Assembly (NCBI GenBank): GCA_017961365.1
Contig: JAGCXI010000057.1
Span: forward strand, 1-61,569
Direction: 5' to 3'
Length of the DNA: 61,569 nt
Source: Clostridia bacterium
GTDB taxonomy: Bacteria > Bacillota > Clostridia > Christensenellales > CAG-1252
The position numbers and the translations under genes were made by a program. Of the stretch, positions 21,991-31,543 are shown piece by piece. Numbering within the stretch: position 1 is the stretch's first letter; every line of letters begins with the position of its first letter. The notes under the pieces are model-generated. The model was not told the DNA's origin and ran no database searches. It saw only the letters and a list, made by a program, of their open reading frames with translations.

Positions 21991-22302
21991 ATGGAGCTGA
22001 AGGATCGCGTCGAGATCGCGTCGCTGATAACGGAATATGGCGAGTTATTGACCGAAAAACAGCGGGAAATGCTTCGCATGTATACGGAGTGTGATATGTC
22101 CCTCCTCTAAGTGGCGGAGGAGTTCGGCGTGACGCGTCAAGCCGTTCGCGACGCCGTTCGCCATGCGGTGAGTACCTTGCAGAATTACGAAGAAAAAGTG
22201 AAAAAGATCGCGTTGAAACGTGATTTGACCGCCGCTTTGGACGCGCTTTCCGAAGAGGATCGGGAGAAGCTGAAAGGCTTGTATGATATTTTGGAGGGAT
22301 AA
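21991..22302 (+). pseudogene. ylxM: YlxM/UPF0122 SRP-operon HTH protein interrupted by an in-frame TAA (22108-22110)
   Basis: The ATG at 21991 (RBS AGGGGA) gives MELKDRVEIASLITEYGELLTEKQREMLRMYTECDMSLL*VAEEFGVTRQAVRDAV.... Both sides of the stop fit the YlxM pattern ...LSLGEIAEEF.VSRQAV.... The track reports only the 3' part (22111..22302, GTG). Confidence 0.7.
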
Positions 22303-23622
22303 ATGGGAGCATTCGAAGGACTCGGCACGAGGCTGAATCACATTTTTTCCAAACTGAAGAATAAAGGCGCATTGACCGAGCTTGAGATCAAGCAAGCTAT
22401 GCGTGAAGTACGCGTCGCGCTTTTGGAAGCGGACGTAAATTTCACCGTCGCAAAGAATTTCATTGCCGCCGTCACGGAAAAAGCGATCGGCGAAGAGGTC
22501 TTAAAGAGCCTTACGCCGACGCAGCAAGTCATCAAGATCGTGAATGAAGAGCTCATCAACCTTCTCGGCGGCGCGCATACCAAGCTCGTTGTCGCGGATA
22601 AGCCGCCTACGATCATCTTGATGTGCGGCTTGCAGGGAAGCGGTAAAACCACGATGTGCGGGAAGCTCGGCGCCATGCTGAAAAAGAACGGGAAGTCGCC
22701 TGCGCTCGTGGCTTGCGATATCTATCGTCCGGCAGCGATCCTTCAGCTCCAAAGGGTGGGTGAGAAGGCAGGCGTCCCCGTCATCGAGAAGGGACAGATT
22801 CCTCCCTTGAAGATCGTGAAGCACGCCCTTGACGTCGCATCGAAGAGCGGATATGATACCCTCATCGTGGATACGGCGGGCAGGCTTCATATCGACGAAG
22901 CTTTGATGGACGAGCTCAAAGAGCTCAAGGCTTTCTTGAAACCGCATGAGATCCTTCTCGTGGTGGATTCCATGACGGGTCAAGACGCCGTGAATGTCGC
23001 GGAGAAATTTAATGAGCTTTTGGACATCACGGGCGTGATCCTGACCAAGCTCGACGGCGATACGAGAGGCGGCGCCGCGCTTTCCATCAAAGCGGTCACA
23101 GGGAAAAGCGTTCGTTTCTGCGGTACGGGCGAAAAGATGGGGGATATCGAGCCTTTCCATCCCGAGAGGATGGCGTCGAGGATCCTCGGCATGGGGGACG
23201 TCCTGACCCTCATCGAGAAGGCGCAATCGGCGTATACGGAGGAGGAGGCGAAAGCCCTCGAGAAGAAATTCCGCGAGCAGAGCTTCACTTTGTCCGACTA
23301 TCTTATGCAGCTTGATAAGATGAAGAGCATGGGAAGTCTCACGCAAATGGTGAGCATGATCCCGGGGCTCGCTTCCAAGCTCGGTGGGCAGGATCTCAGC
23401 GTGGACGAAGGTCGTCTTGCGCGGACCAAAGCTATTATCCAGTCTATGACGGAGGAGGAGAGAAATCACCCCGACATCATCAAGGCGAGCAGGAAGAAAC
23501 GTATCGCCGCAGGCAGCGGAACGGAATTGCAAGACGTGAATTCTCTTTTGAAGCAGTTTGAAGCTTCGAGGGAAATGATGAAACGTATGAGAAGCGGAAG
23601 AAGAGGGGGATTCCCTTTCTGA
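22303..23622 (+). CDS. ffh: Signal recognition particle protein Ffh
   Basis: [37 protein letters not shown] and a Met-rich M domain. Confidence 0.95.
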   Translation: MGAFEGLGTRLNHIFSKLKNKGALTELEIKQAMREVRVALLEADVNFTVAKNFIAAVTEKAIGEEVLKSLTPTQQVIKIVNEELINLLGGAHTKLVVADKPPTIILMCGLQGSGKTTMCGKLGAMLKKNGKSPALVACDIYRPAAILQLQRVGEKAGVPVIEKGQIPPLKIVKHALDVASKSGYDTLIVDTAGRLHIDEALMDELKELKAFLKPHEILLVVDSMTGQDAVNVAEKFNELLDITGVILTKLDGDTRGGAALSIKAVTGKSVRFCGTGEKMGDIEPFHPERMASRILGMGDVLTLIEKAQSAYTEEEAKALEKKFREQSFTLSDYLMQLDKMKSMGSLTQMVSMIPGLASKLGGQDLSVDEGRLARTKAIIQSMTEEERNHPDIIKASRKKRIAAGSGTELQDVNSLLKQFEASREMMKRMRSGRRGGFPF

Positions 23623-23658
23623 TAAATAAAAGGAATATACTTACGGAGGTATAAAGAA

Positions 23659-23913
23659 ATGGTTAAACTCAGACTTACAAGAATCGGCGCGAAGGGCAAG
23701 CCCTGCTATCGTATCGTTGCGGTGGACAGCAGGAAAGCAAGAGACGGCATGTACATCGAGCAGGTCGGATATTTCGATCCGATGACCAATCCCGAGACCA
23801 TCAAAGTCGACGTGGATCTTGCGAAGAAGTGGATCTCGAACGGCGCTCAGCCCACCGACACCGTCAGAGTGATCTTGAAGAAAGCCGGCGTCTTCGAAGA
23901 GAAGGGTGAATAA
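23659..23913 (+). CDS. rpsP: 30S ribosomal protein S16
   Basis: MVKLRLTRIGAKGKPCYRIVAVDSR. Confidence 0.95.
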   Translation: MVKLRLTRIGAKGKPCYRIVAVDSRKARDGMYIEQVGYFDPMTNPETIKVDVDLAKKWISNGAQPTDTVRVILKKAGVFEEKGE

Positions 23914-23915
23914 GC

Positions 23916-24167
23916 ATGCAAGAGCTCGTAGAATATATCGTTGAGTCCTTGACCGGAAACTCGGATTTCACCGTTACCGTCAGCGAGGAGGATCGTCTCA
24001 TTACGATCACGCTCTCTCCCGAGGATATCGGCAGAGTGATCGGTCGCGGCGGTAAAACGGCGAAAGCGATCCGTCTCATCGTCAAAGCAGCCGCTTCCAA
24101 GCGGAATAAGCGTTATGACGTGGAGATCAGAGAGACCGATGAGGCTGGCAGTAGCGAAAATAACTAA
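23916..24167 (+). CDS. ylqC: KH-domain RNA-binding protein (YlqC/KhpA-like)
   Basis: GxxG KH motif IGRVIGRGGKTAKAIRLIV; conserved position between rpsP and rimM. Confidence 0.8.
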   Translation: MQELVEYIVESLTGNSDFTVTVSEEDRLITITLSPEDIGRVIGRGGKTAKAIRLIVKAAASKRNKRYDVEIRETDEAGSSENN

Positions 24168-24639
24168 ACCACACGGCATAAAAGGCGAGGTTCGGGCGTC
24201 CGTTCTTTTGGATAGTCCCGAACTTTTTTGCCGTATAAAAAATGCTTATTTGGAGGATATCAAATGCAAGATCTCCGCGCGCAAAGCGGGAGACGCCGTG
24301 ATCCTCTCCATTCAGGGCGTTATGAATCGAGACGACGCCGAGCTCCTTCGCGGGAAGATCATATATGTCGATCGGACGGAAGCGGAAGGCTTGAAGGAAA
24401 ATGAATATTTTATAGATGACTTGGTCGGCTTGCGCGTCTTCGTCGGAGAAAAAGAGATCGGGTCGATCTCGGAGATCTATAAAGGCGGCCGCACGGCGGA
24501 CGTCATCGAGATCAAGGGGAAAGGTGTGACGATCATGCTCCCTTTTTTGAAAAAGTTGCAAATGCAGGCGGATCTTGCGGCGAAAACAGTGACCTTTGAA
24601 GAAAAAGCTTTTAGCGAGGTGGCGGTCTATGAAGATTAA
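24139..24639 (+). CDS. rimM: 16S rRNA processing protein RimM
   Basis: MRLAVAKITKPHGIKGEV and a PRC-barrel C-terminus. Start placed at the internal Met of track ORF 24115. Confidence 0.85.
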   Translation: MRLAVAKITKPHGIKGEVRASVLLDSPELFCRIKNAYLEDIKCKISARKAGDAVILSIQGVMNRDDAELLRGKIIYVDRTEAEGLKENEYFIDDLVGLRVFVGEKEIGSISEIYKGGRTADVIEIKGKGVTIMLPFLKKLQMQADLAAKTVTFEEKAFSEVAVYED

Positions 24640-25309
24640 GGTTTTGACCCTCTTTCCCGAAGCGTATCAAGGTTTGACCGTCGGTATCTTGCAAAAGGCG
24701 CTTGACGCCGGGAAATTCTCTTTGGAAGTCTATAATATCCGCGATTTTTCCGAAGATAAGCATAAGAAATGCGACGATTATCCTTTCGGTGGCGGCGCGG
24801 GTATGCTGATGACGCCGCAACCCATATATGACTGCGTCCAAGCAGCGGATCCCGAGCATCGAGCCAAAAGGATCTATCTCTCGCCGAAAGGGGAGACGCT
24901 TTCGCAGAAAAAAGTGCTTTCGCTGTCGCAAGAAGAGGAGCTTCTCTTCCTTTGCGGGAGCTATGAAGGGATCGATCAAAGGGTCATCGACCTTTGCATC
25001 GATGAGGAGCTTTCCATCGGAGATTACGTGCTCACGAGCGGAGATCTCCCTTGTATGGTGACGATCAACGCCATCGCCCGCTATGTGGACGGCGTGCTCG
25101 GAAGCGAGGAAAGCACGGAAGAAGAGTCCTTTGCGGCGGGACTTCTCGAATATCCGCAGTATACGCGTCCGCAGGAATTTCGCGGAATGCGTGTCCCCGA
25201 CGTTTTGGTGTCGGGAAATCACGCCGAAGTGGCGAAATGGCGTCGGGAGCGTCAGCTCGAACTGACGAAAAAACTGCGTCCCGATCTTTTGAAAAAGGAA
25301 AAAGAATGA
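24629..25309 (+). CDS. trmD: tRNA (guanine37-N1)-methyltransferase
   Basis: MKIKVLTLFPE, DDYPFGGGAGMLM, SIGDYVLTSGDLP. Confidence 0.95.
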   Translation: MKIKVLTLFPEAYQGLTVGILQKALDAGKFSLEVYNIRDFSEDKHKKCDDYPFGGGAGMLMTPQPIYDCVQAADPEHRAKRIYLSPKGETLSQKKVLSLSQEEELLFLCGSYEGIDQRVIDLCIDEELSIGDYVLTSGDLPCMVTINAIARYVDGVLGSEESTEEESFAAGLLEYPQYTRPQEFRGMRVPDVLVSGNHAEVAKWRRERQLELTKKLRPDLLKKEKE

Positions 25310-26151
25310 TCATACAATGGTTTCCGGGACATATGGCGAAAGCAAAGCGCCAAATGGAAGAAAGCTTGAAGCGGGTGGACAGTCTGATCTATGTATTAGA
25401 CGCGCGCGCTCCGCATTCTTGCATTAACCCGGAATTCGATAATCTTGTATCCGCAAAGCCCGTTCTTTACGTCCTCAATAAGAGCGATCTCGTGGAACGC
25501 GGCGCCATCGCGGCGTGGGAGTCTTTTTTTGCGGCGAAAGGGATGCGGACGATCGCGGTATCGAGCACGATCGGGAAAGATAGCGGAAAAGTGATCTCCG
25601 CGCTTTCCAAGCTGAATAAGGAAAAGATCGAACGAAACAGGGCGAAAGGGGTAAATTATGCCGTAAAAGCGATGGTCATCGGCATGCCGAATACCGGGAA
25701 ATCCACATTGATCAACGCCCTTTGCAAGGGAAAACGAACGGTGACGGGAGATCGACCGGGGGTCACGAAAGGGGAGCAATGGGTGCGCCTTGATAACGGG
25801 ATCTCGCTCTTGGATACTCCGGGCACGCTTTCGCATAGTATGAAGAGCGAGGTGGCGGGTCTTCATCTCGCTTTCATCGGTTCCGTGCGCGATGCGGTCG
25901 TCGATACGACGGAACTTTCTTTGGAATTGATAAAATTTTTTCTGCGGAAATATCCGCAAAAAATTGCGGAACGCTATCAAATCGAGCTTTCGGCAGATCC
26001 CCTTGCGGTGCTCGAAAGGATCGCAAAGAAAAGAGGCTTGATCTTGCGCGGCGGAGAGCCGGATCTCGACAAGGCGGCGGTCGCGCTTTTGGATGATTTC
26101 CGAAAATGCAGGCTCGGAAAAATCATTTTGGAGACGCCCGATGAATACTGA
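25306..26151 (+). CDS. rbgA: Ribosome biogenesis GTPase A (YlqF)
   Basis: MIIQWFPGHMAKAKR; circularly permuted GTPase motifs NKSDL then GMPNTGKSTLINAL; ATGA overlap with trmD. The track ORF starts at the TTG at 25051 inside trmD. Confidence 0.9.
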   Translation: MIIQWFPGHMAKAKRQMEESLKRVDSLIYVLDARAPHSCINPEFDNLVSAKPVLYVLNKSDLVERGAIAAWESFFAAKGMRTIAVSSTIGKDSGKVISALSKLNKEKIERNRAKGVNYAVKAMVIGMPNTGKSTLINALCKGKRTVTGDRPGVTKGEQWVRLDNGISLLDTPGTLSHSMKSEVAGLHLAFIGSVRDAVVDTTELSLELIKFFLRKYPQKIAERYQIELSADPLAVLERIAKKRGLILRGGEPDLDKAAVALLDDFRKCRLGKIILETPDEY

Positions 26152-26758
26152 GGAAAAAGATACGCTTCGCTTTGAAAAAGAAGAGATGGAGAAAGGCGCG
26201 TATTTTATCGCGGGTATGGACGAAGCGGGGAGAGGCCCTCTCGCCGGTCCCGTCGTCGCTGCGGCGGTCATTATGCCGCTTGATGATCCCATCGAAGGCG
26301 TAGACGACAGTAAAAAGGTCTCGGAGAAAAAGCGGGAAAAGCTTTATGATGTCATTCGCGAGAAAGCGATCGCATATAAGATCGTAGCGGTCGATGAGAA
26401 GGTGATCGATGAGATCAATATTCTCGAAGCCACGAAAAAAGCCATGTATGCTTGTATCGACGGGCTGCCGATCCCGCCCGACGTCGTGCTTGTCGACGCG
26501 GTGAAGTTGAAGGCAAAAGTCCCTACGCGCTCCATTATCAAGGGAGACGCCTTGTCTTATTCCATTGCGGCGGCGTCCATTCTCGCCAAAGTGTATCGAG
26601 ACCGGCTTATGCGCGATTACGACGCGCTTTATCCCGAGTACGGCTTCTTAAAACATAAGGGTTACGGCACGAAAGAGCATACGGATGCGCTCCGCAAGAT
26701 CGGTCCTTGTCCCATTCATCGAAGGACATTCATCAAACATTTTACGGATGATGAATAA
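26141..26758 (+). CDS. rnhB: Ribonuclease HII
   Basis: GMDEAGRGPLAGPVVAAAV, DSKK.S.KKRE. Confidence 0.9.
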   Translation: MNTEEKDTLRFEKEEMEKGAYFIAGMDEAGRGPLAGPVVAAAVIMPLDDPIEGVDDSKKVSEKKREKLYDVIREKAIAYKIVAVDEKVIDEINILEATKKAMYACIDGLPIPPDVVLVDAVKLKAKVPTRSIIKGDALSYSIAAASILAKVYRDRLMRDYDALYPEYGFLKHKGYGTKEHTDALRKIGPCPIHRRTFIKHFTDDE

Positions 26759-27128
26759 GCGTGAAGTTTGGGTGAAAGGAGAGGCGCTCGCAAGGCGCGC
26801 TCTCGAAGCGAAAGGGTATAAGATCCTTTGCGCGAATTACGCGACGAAGATCGGCGAGATCGATCTCATCGCGCGGCAAGAGGATGTGATCGTCTTTGTG
26901 GAAGTGAAAGCGCGTACGAGCGCCGAGCACGGTGAGCCCATAGAAGCGGTCACCGCACGAAAGGTGAGCAAGATCGTCACCGTCGCCAAGCAATATCTTT
27001 TATCGCAAGGGATATATGACCGCGCTTCGGTGCGATTCGACGTCGTCGAGTGTTTCCCGGGCGGCATTGTCCGACATACGGAAAATGCTTTTACATTGAA
27101 TGACGCGGCGAAGTATCATCGCTCGTAA
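26748..27128 (+). CDS. yraN: YraN-family (UPF0102) endonuclease-like protein
   Basis: GEALARRALEAKGYKILCANY...GEIDLIARQEDVIVFVEVKAR. Confidence 0.8.
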   Translation: MMNKREVWVKGEALARRALEAKGYKILCANYATKIGEIDLIARQEDVIVFVEVKARTSAEHGEPIEAVTARKVSKIVTVAKQYLLSQGIYDRASVRFDVVECFPGGIVRHTENAFTLNDAAKYHRS

Positions 27129-27146
27129 AATTATTTGAAAAATCGC

Positions 27147-27175
27147 TTGCGTAATGATTTGAAATATGATAGTAT
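27147..27175 (+). promoter_or_regulatory. Extended -10 promoter for rplS, followed by a ~70-nt leader
   Basis: TTGCGT, 17-nt spacer, TGaTAGTAT. A ~70-nt untranslated leader (27180-27248) precedes the AGGAGG RBS and may be an L19 autoregulatory leader (not verified). Confidence 0.55.
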
Positions 27176-27248
27176 ATCATAGACTTCGGGTGGTCCTCTG
27201 CTGACATATCGGGCACGAACACTTAGTATATTTAGGAGGAAAAGTCAA

Positions 27249-27653
27249 ATGAGTAATGTTATCGAGACCATGGAAAAAGCCGCGATGAAGGAGAATATCC
27301 CTGCCTTTAATATCGGCGACACCGTTAAGGTGCATATTAAGTTCAAAGAGATCACCCGTGGCGGCACGGATGCGAATAAGTCCAAGAACGCAAGAACGGA
27401 TAAGTCCGTCAAGGAAGAGATCAAGTCCCAGACCTTCGAAGGTCTTGTGATCGCCCGTAAGAACGGCGGCATTCGCGAGACGTTTACTGTCCGCAAGATC
27501 TCCTACGGCGTCGGCGTGGAGAAGACCTTCATGCTCCATTCTCCCCAGATCGAGAGCATCGAAGTCGTCCGTCGCGGCGATGTAAGACGCGCAAAGCTCT
27601 ATTACATGAGAGGTCGCACCGGTAAGGCGGCGAAGGTCAAGGCGGCGAAGTAA
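27249..27653 (+). CDS. rplS: 50S ribosomal protein L19 (with an internal ~20-aa insertion)
   Basis: [12 protein letters not shown]..., [56 protein letters not shown]. Confidence 0.9.
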   Translation: MSNVIETMEKAAMKENIPAFNIGDTVKVHIKFKEITRGGTDANKSKNARTDKSVKEEIKSQTFEGLVIARKNGGIRETFTVRKISYGVGVEKTFMLHSPQIESIEVVRRGDVRRAKLYYMRGRTGKAAKVKAAK

Positions 27654-27706
27654 TTTCCGTCGCGGAAAGGGTGCGGGAAGATGCCCGCGAGATCATCGTA
27701 TAAAAG

Positions 27707-27746
27707 CACATCGCTTCGGTCATAAAAGAAAGCGGTGTGTTTTTTT
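27707..27746 (+). terminator. Rho-independent terminator after rplS
   Basis: CACATCGCTT (27707-27716) pairs with AAGCGGTGTG (27730-27739) with one G-U pair, followed by T7. Confidence 0.75.
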
Positions 27747-27818
27747 CGTGCGCTTGCAAGGGCGAGGCATATTTATATAATAAATAAATTATTTTAATTA
27801 TTTACTTGGCGAAAATAC

Positions 27819-27847
27819 TTGATATAAGTACGTAAAGTATTTAGAAT
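27819..27847 (+). promoter_or_regulatory. Sigma-70-type promoter for the 27877 gene
   Basis: TTGATA, 17-nt spacer, TAGAAT, in an AT-rich spacer. Confidence 0.55.
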
Positions 27848-27876
27848 AAGAGTGAATACTTATGTGAGGTATTGCT

Positions 27877-30033
27877 ATGAAGAAAGTAATTTTGGTCATC
27901 TTGTCATTGCTCTTGGTCCTTACGCTCTTTGCGGCGTGTAAGACCGTGAAGACGGACGTAGACGCAGAGCTTATCACGAACGGTTCTTTCGATGATTCGC
28001 TTTCCGCTTGGACTGCGCTTGCCGCGGAGGATGAGACCGCTGCCACTGTCGAACATCCGAATGAAGGATCAGTCAATTATAAAGCGGCGGGCGAGAGCTT
28101 TGTTTCCGTGACTTCCAAGGCGTTTAATTCCTATACGCAAACGGTTTCTTTGGAAAAGAATTGTACGTATCTGCTCACTGCGAAAGTCAAGATCCCTTCC
28201 GCGCTCTCTGTCTCTGATGAGCTCGGCGGCGCTTATATCGCCATCGATTCTGATTACACCATCGTCCATGACATTGCGACGAAAGCGGGAGACTGGAAAG
28301 AGCTCAAGTGTTATTTCAATAGCGCCTCGGCAAATGAGGTCGTCGTGCGCTTCGGCGTCGGCACGGCGAAATACAATGCGGAAGGTACCGCCTATTTCGA
28401 CGGGATCTCCTTGCAAAAAGTGGATGGCGTCATCGACACGGTCGTGCCCGATCTTGCCTCCGCCTCCAAGGAATCGCTTCGTTTTAACGCGGACTATCTC
28501 ACGAATACGAGCGGGATCGTCTTTGTGACGCTCACGACGGTGCTCGGCGCCTTGGCGCTTTATGCGGCGTATGCGGCTCTCCGCAGAATGATGTCCAAGA
28601 AGGGCGCGATGCTTTCGAATGATTTGGATAACGGCGCGAACGTGAATTTCTTTAAGAGCGCGGCGTTTATGCTTATCCTTTGCGAGCTTCTCGCATTTGC
28701 CGTGAGACTCATTACGATCAGCTTCATTCAGGGCGGCTCCACTCTCGGAACGTATGTGAATGAGGCGACGCAGCTTGCGGACGTGGGCGCAAAGACCTTT
28801 TATTTCGAAAAGGGAAGCACGACGCCGATCGGTTCACTTTATCTCCTTTGGATATTCGGCTTGCTTGCGAAGCCTTTGAATCTGGTCTCGAGCTCCATGG
28901 GCTTTGCCATTTTCGTCAAGATCCCCGCGGTGCTTGCGGATCTTGTGGCGGTCTTCGTGATCTATCTTCTTGCGAATCGTAAATACAATCAGTATATTTC
29001 CGCGCTCTTCGCGGGCGTCTATGCTTTGATCCCCGTTTTCTTCTTTGCTTCGGCAGGTTGGGGAACGTATGCGCCTCTCGGAGCGCTTTTCATCCTCTTG
29101 AGCTTGGTCTCTTTGTTGGATAAGAAGTATATCGCGGCGATCATCTATTTCAGCGTTGCTTTGCTCTTTATGACGGAAGCGATGTTGCTTTTGCCCTTGC
29201 TTCTCGTCTATATCTTCTTCGTCTTCTTCACGAAGGGAGACGAATATAAGATGGGGATCTCCGTCACGCTTACGTCTTCCGTCATCGCGCTTTATCTCAT
29301 CGCTTTGCCTTTCACGCTCGGTTTCTTTGCGGAAGGGAAGCCCTTTGCGGCGTTGACGAAGTATATCTCCGCTTTCCTTGCGCATACAGGGTTTACGGAG
29401 AATGCCTTCACGATGTACGGTCTCTTCGGGCTCGGCGCAAAAGCGGCGAATACGGCGTCCTATGTCTTTAACGGCATCTTCGTCGCGGTGGCGATCGGCT
29501 TCACGATTTATCTTTTCTTCAAGTCGAGAAGCAGATTGGATCTTTTGCTTCTCTCCGCCTTTACTTTCGCGCTGACTTTCGTGATGACTTCGGCGGTGGA
29601 TACGCTCCTCATTTATCCGGCGCTCTTGCTCTTGCTCGTATACGGAATGATCTCCGGCGACAGAAGGGCGTTGAAACTCTTCGGCGGGTTCTCTGTGACG
29701 ACGCTTTTGAATATGTCTTATACGATGATGATCGGCGGATATTTCGGCTCGGGATTGAATTCGGATCTGATCTATATGACCGCGGCTGATCCCGTGCTCA
29801 TCATCTTCTCCGTCGCGAATGTCGCTTTGCTCGGATACTTTGCTTACGTTTTGTATTCGATCTGCGTCAAAGATCAGACCAAAGGCGTCGTGATCATCGA
29901 GGAGAATTATTTCAAGTACTTTGCGGCGCAGGTGAAGTCCGTCGCCGTGAAAGTCGCGACCTTCTGCAAGGAAAAAGTCGCGACGCTCTTCAAGAAAAAG
30001 GAAGAGAACGCAGATGCTGGCGAAAATAAATAG
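27877..30033 (+). CDS. Lipoprotein-anchored carbohydrate-binding-module-like domain fused to a polytopic GT-C-like glycosyltransferase domain
   Basis: 718 aa. Lipobox signal MKKVILVILSLLLVLTLFAAC. Residues ~25-185 are jelly-roll/CBM4_9-like (ELITNGSFDDSLSAWTA ... AYFDGISLQKV). About 12 TM segments follow, with the GT-C/PMT-like loop pattern FAIFVKIPAVLADLVAVFVIYLLA. Confidence 0.55.
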   Translation: MKKVILVILSLLLVLTLFAACKTVKTDVDAELITNGSFDDSLSAWTALAAEDETAATVEHPNEGSVNYKAAGESFVSVTSKAFNSYTQTVSLEKNCTYLLTAKVKIPSALSVSDELGGAYIAIDSDYTIVHDIATKAGDWKELKCYFNSASANEVVVRFGVGTAKYNAEGTAYFDGISLQKVDGVIDTVVPDLASASKESLRFNADYLTNTSGIVFVTLTTVLGALALYAAYAALRRMMSKKGAMLSNDLDNGANVNFFKSAAFMLILCELLAFAVRLITISFIQGGSTLGTYVNEATQLADVGAKTFYFEKGSTTPIGSLYLLWIFGLLAKPLNLVSSSMGFAIFVKIPAVLADLVAVFVIYLLANRKYNQYISALFAGVYALIPVFFFASAGWGTYAPLGALFILLSLVSLLDKKYIAAIIYFSVALLFMTEAMLLLPLLLVYIFFVFFTKGDEYKMGISVTLTSSVIALYLIALPFTLGFFAEGKPFAALTKYISAFLAHTGFTENAFTMYGLFGLGAKAANTASYVFNGIFVAVAIGFTIYLFFKSRSRLDLLLLSAFTFALTFVMTSAVDTLLIYPALLLLLVYGMISGDRRALKLFGGFSVTTLLNMSYTMMIGGYFGSGLNSDLIYMTAADPVLIIFSVANVALLGYFAYVLYSICVKDQTKGVVIIEENYFKYFAAQVKSVAVKVATFCKEKVATLFKKKEENADAGENK

Positions 30034-31543
30034 TTTCTCGCTGAACGGTCTCGACGGCTATAAGGTCGACATCGAGATCGACATCAATGCCGGTCTCCCG
30101 AAAGTGGAGATCATCGGTTTGCCCGATACCGCGATCAAAGAAGCGGCGGAACGGGTGACCTCCGCCGTGAAAAACAGCGGATATCACTTCCCCGTGAAGC
30201 GCGTGATCGTGAATCTTGCTCCCGCCGACACCAAGAAGGAAGGCTCGCTTTTCGATCTTCCCATTGCGATAGGCGTTTTGGCGGCTTCCGGGCAGATCTC
30301 CTCTGCGGCGTATCGGGATTACGTGATCCTCGGCGAGCTCTCGCTCGACGGAAAGCTTCGTCCCGTGAATGGGATCATCGCACTTTTGATCTCGGGCATG
30401 CAGCAGGGCTATACGAAATTCATCATTCCCAAAGAGAATGCGGCGGAAGCCAGTTTCATCAAGGGGATCGAAGCGTATTGCGTCGGCAGTTTGAAAGAAG
30501 CCTGCGGAGTCATCGAAGGCGAGGGCGCGGAAGCGATCCCTTTTCGTGACTTTGCTTCGGAAAGTCAAGAGGACATATACGACGTGGACTTCGCGGATGT
30601 AAAAGGACAATTCGCGGCGAAACGAGCGCTTGAGATCGCCGTAGCGGGCGGGCATAACGTCTTGATGATCGGTCCTCCCGGCGCAGGCAAGAGTATGCTC
30701 GCAAAGTGTGTCGTCAGCATTATGCCGGATCTCAGCTTCGAGGAAGCGATTGAAGTGACGAAGATCCATAGCGTGGCTGGGATCCTTGACGGGAAGAAAG
30801 GGATCGTCACAACAAGACCTTTCCGAACGCCGCATCACAGTACGACGGTTCCCGCGCTCATCGGAGGCGGCGCAAAAGCGAAACCGGGCGAAGTTTCTCT
30901 CGCGAATCACGGCGTCTTATTCCTTGATGAAGTGCCGGAATATGCAAGGCATACTTTGGAGACGCTTCGTCAGCCTTTGGAGGACGGAACGGTCACGGTG
31001 GCGAGAGTTGAGCAGACGGTGCGTTATCCCGCGCATTTTATGCTCATCGCAAGTATGAATCCTTGTCCTTGCGGAAATTTCGGGTCGAAGAAGCATATAT
31101 GCACGTGTACGCCGCAGAGCATACGCCGCTATATGAATAAGCTTTCCGGTCCGCTTTTGGATAGGATCGACATCCAGATCGAGCTTGATGCCGTGGAATT
31201 CGACGAGCTTCGCCGCAAAGAGGCGGAAGAGAAGAGTTCCGCGATCAAAGAGCGCGTGATGAAGGCTCGAGAGATCCAACGAGAGCGTTTCGCGGCGATG
31301 CCGATTTATACGAATGCGGAGATGAGCAACCGCTTGATAAAAGAGCATTGCGAGATCCCGTCCGAAGCGGAGGCGATGTTGGAGACTGCGTTCAAAAAAC
31401 TTTCTCTCAGCGCGAGAGCGAGTTTCCGCCTCTTGCGCGTCGCGCGCACCATTGCGGATCTCGAGGGAAAGAAGGAGATCGAAACAGCGCACGTCGCAGA
31501 GGCGATACAGTATCGCTCGTTGGATAGGAAGTATTGGAGCTGA
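30014..31543 (+). CDS. comM: Mg-chelatase-like AAA+ ATPase YifB/ComM
   Basis: MLAKINSFSLNGLDGYKVDIEIDI, MIGPPGAGKSMLAK, GVLFLDEVPE. Confidence 0.85.
   Translation: MLAKINSFSLNGLDGYKVDIEIDINAGLPKVEIIGLPDTAIKEAAERVTSAVKNSGYHFPVKRVIVNLAPADTKKEGSLFDLPIAIGVLAASGQISSAAYRDYVILGELSLDGKLRPVNGIIALLISGMQQGYTKFIIPKENAAEASFIKGIEAYCVGSLKEACGVIEGEGAEAIPFRDFASESQEDIYDVDFADVKGQFAAKRALEIAVAGGHNVLMIGPPGAGKSMLAKCVVSIMPDLSFEEAIEVTKIHSVAGILDGKKGIVTTRPFRTPHHSTTVPALIGGGAKAKPGEVSLANHGVLFLDEVPEYARHTLETLRQPLEDGTVTVARVEQTVRYPAHFMLIASMNPCPCGNFGSKKHICTCTPQSIRRYMNKLSGPLLDRIDIQIELDAVEFDELRRKEAEEKSSAIKERVMKAREIQRERFAAMPIYTNAEMSNRLIKEHCEIPSEAEAMLETAFKKLSLSARASFRLLRVARTIADLEGKKEIETAHVAEAIQYRSLDRKYWS

Noticed and set aside
22111-22302. 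63-aa ORF (GTG start) as an independent gene
   Set aside because: It is the C-terminal two-thirds of ylxM. The 39 codons upstream in the same frame complete the family N-terminus and are separated from it only by one TAA. There is no RBS before the GTG.
25051-25305. Long N-terminal extensions in the ORF track. Examples: rbgA from the TTG at 25051, coaBC from 50181, ylbJ from 9980, rnc from 15823, atpC from 4171, glyA from 41823, rpmB from 59096.
   Set aside because: The extensions lie inside the preceding gene or upstream of a good RBS. The family N-termini align with internal Met codons placed just after, or overlapping, the upstream stop.
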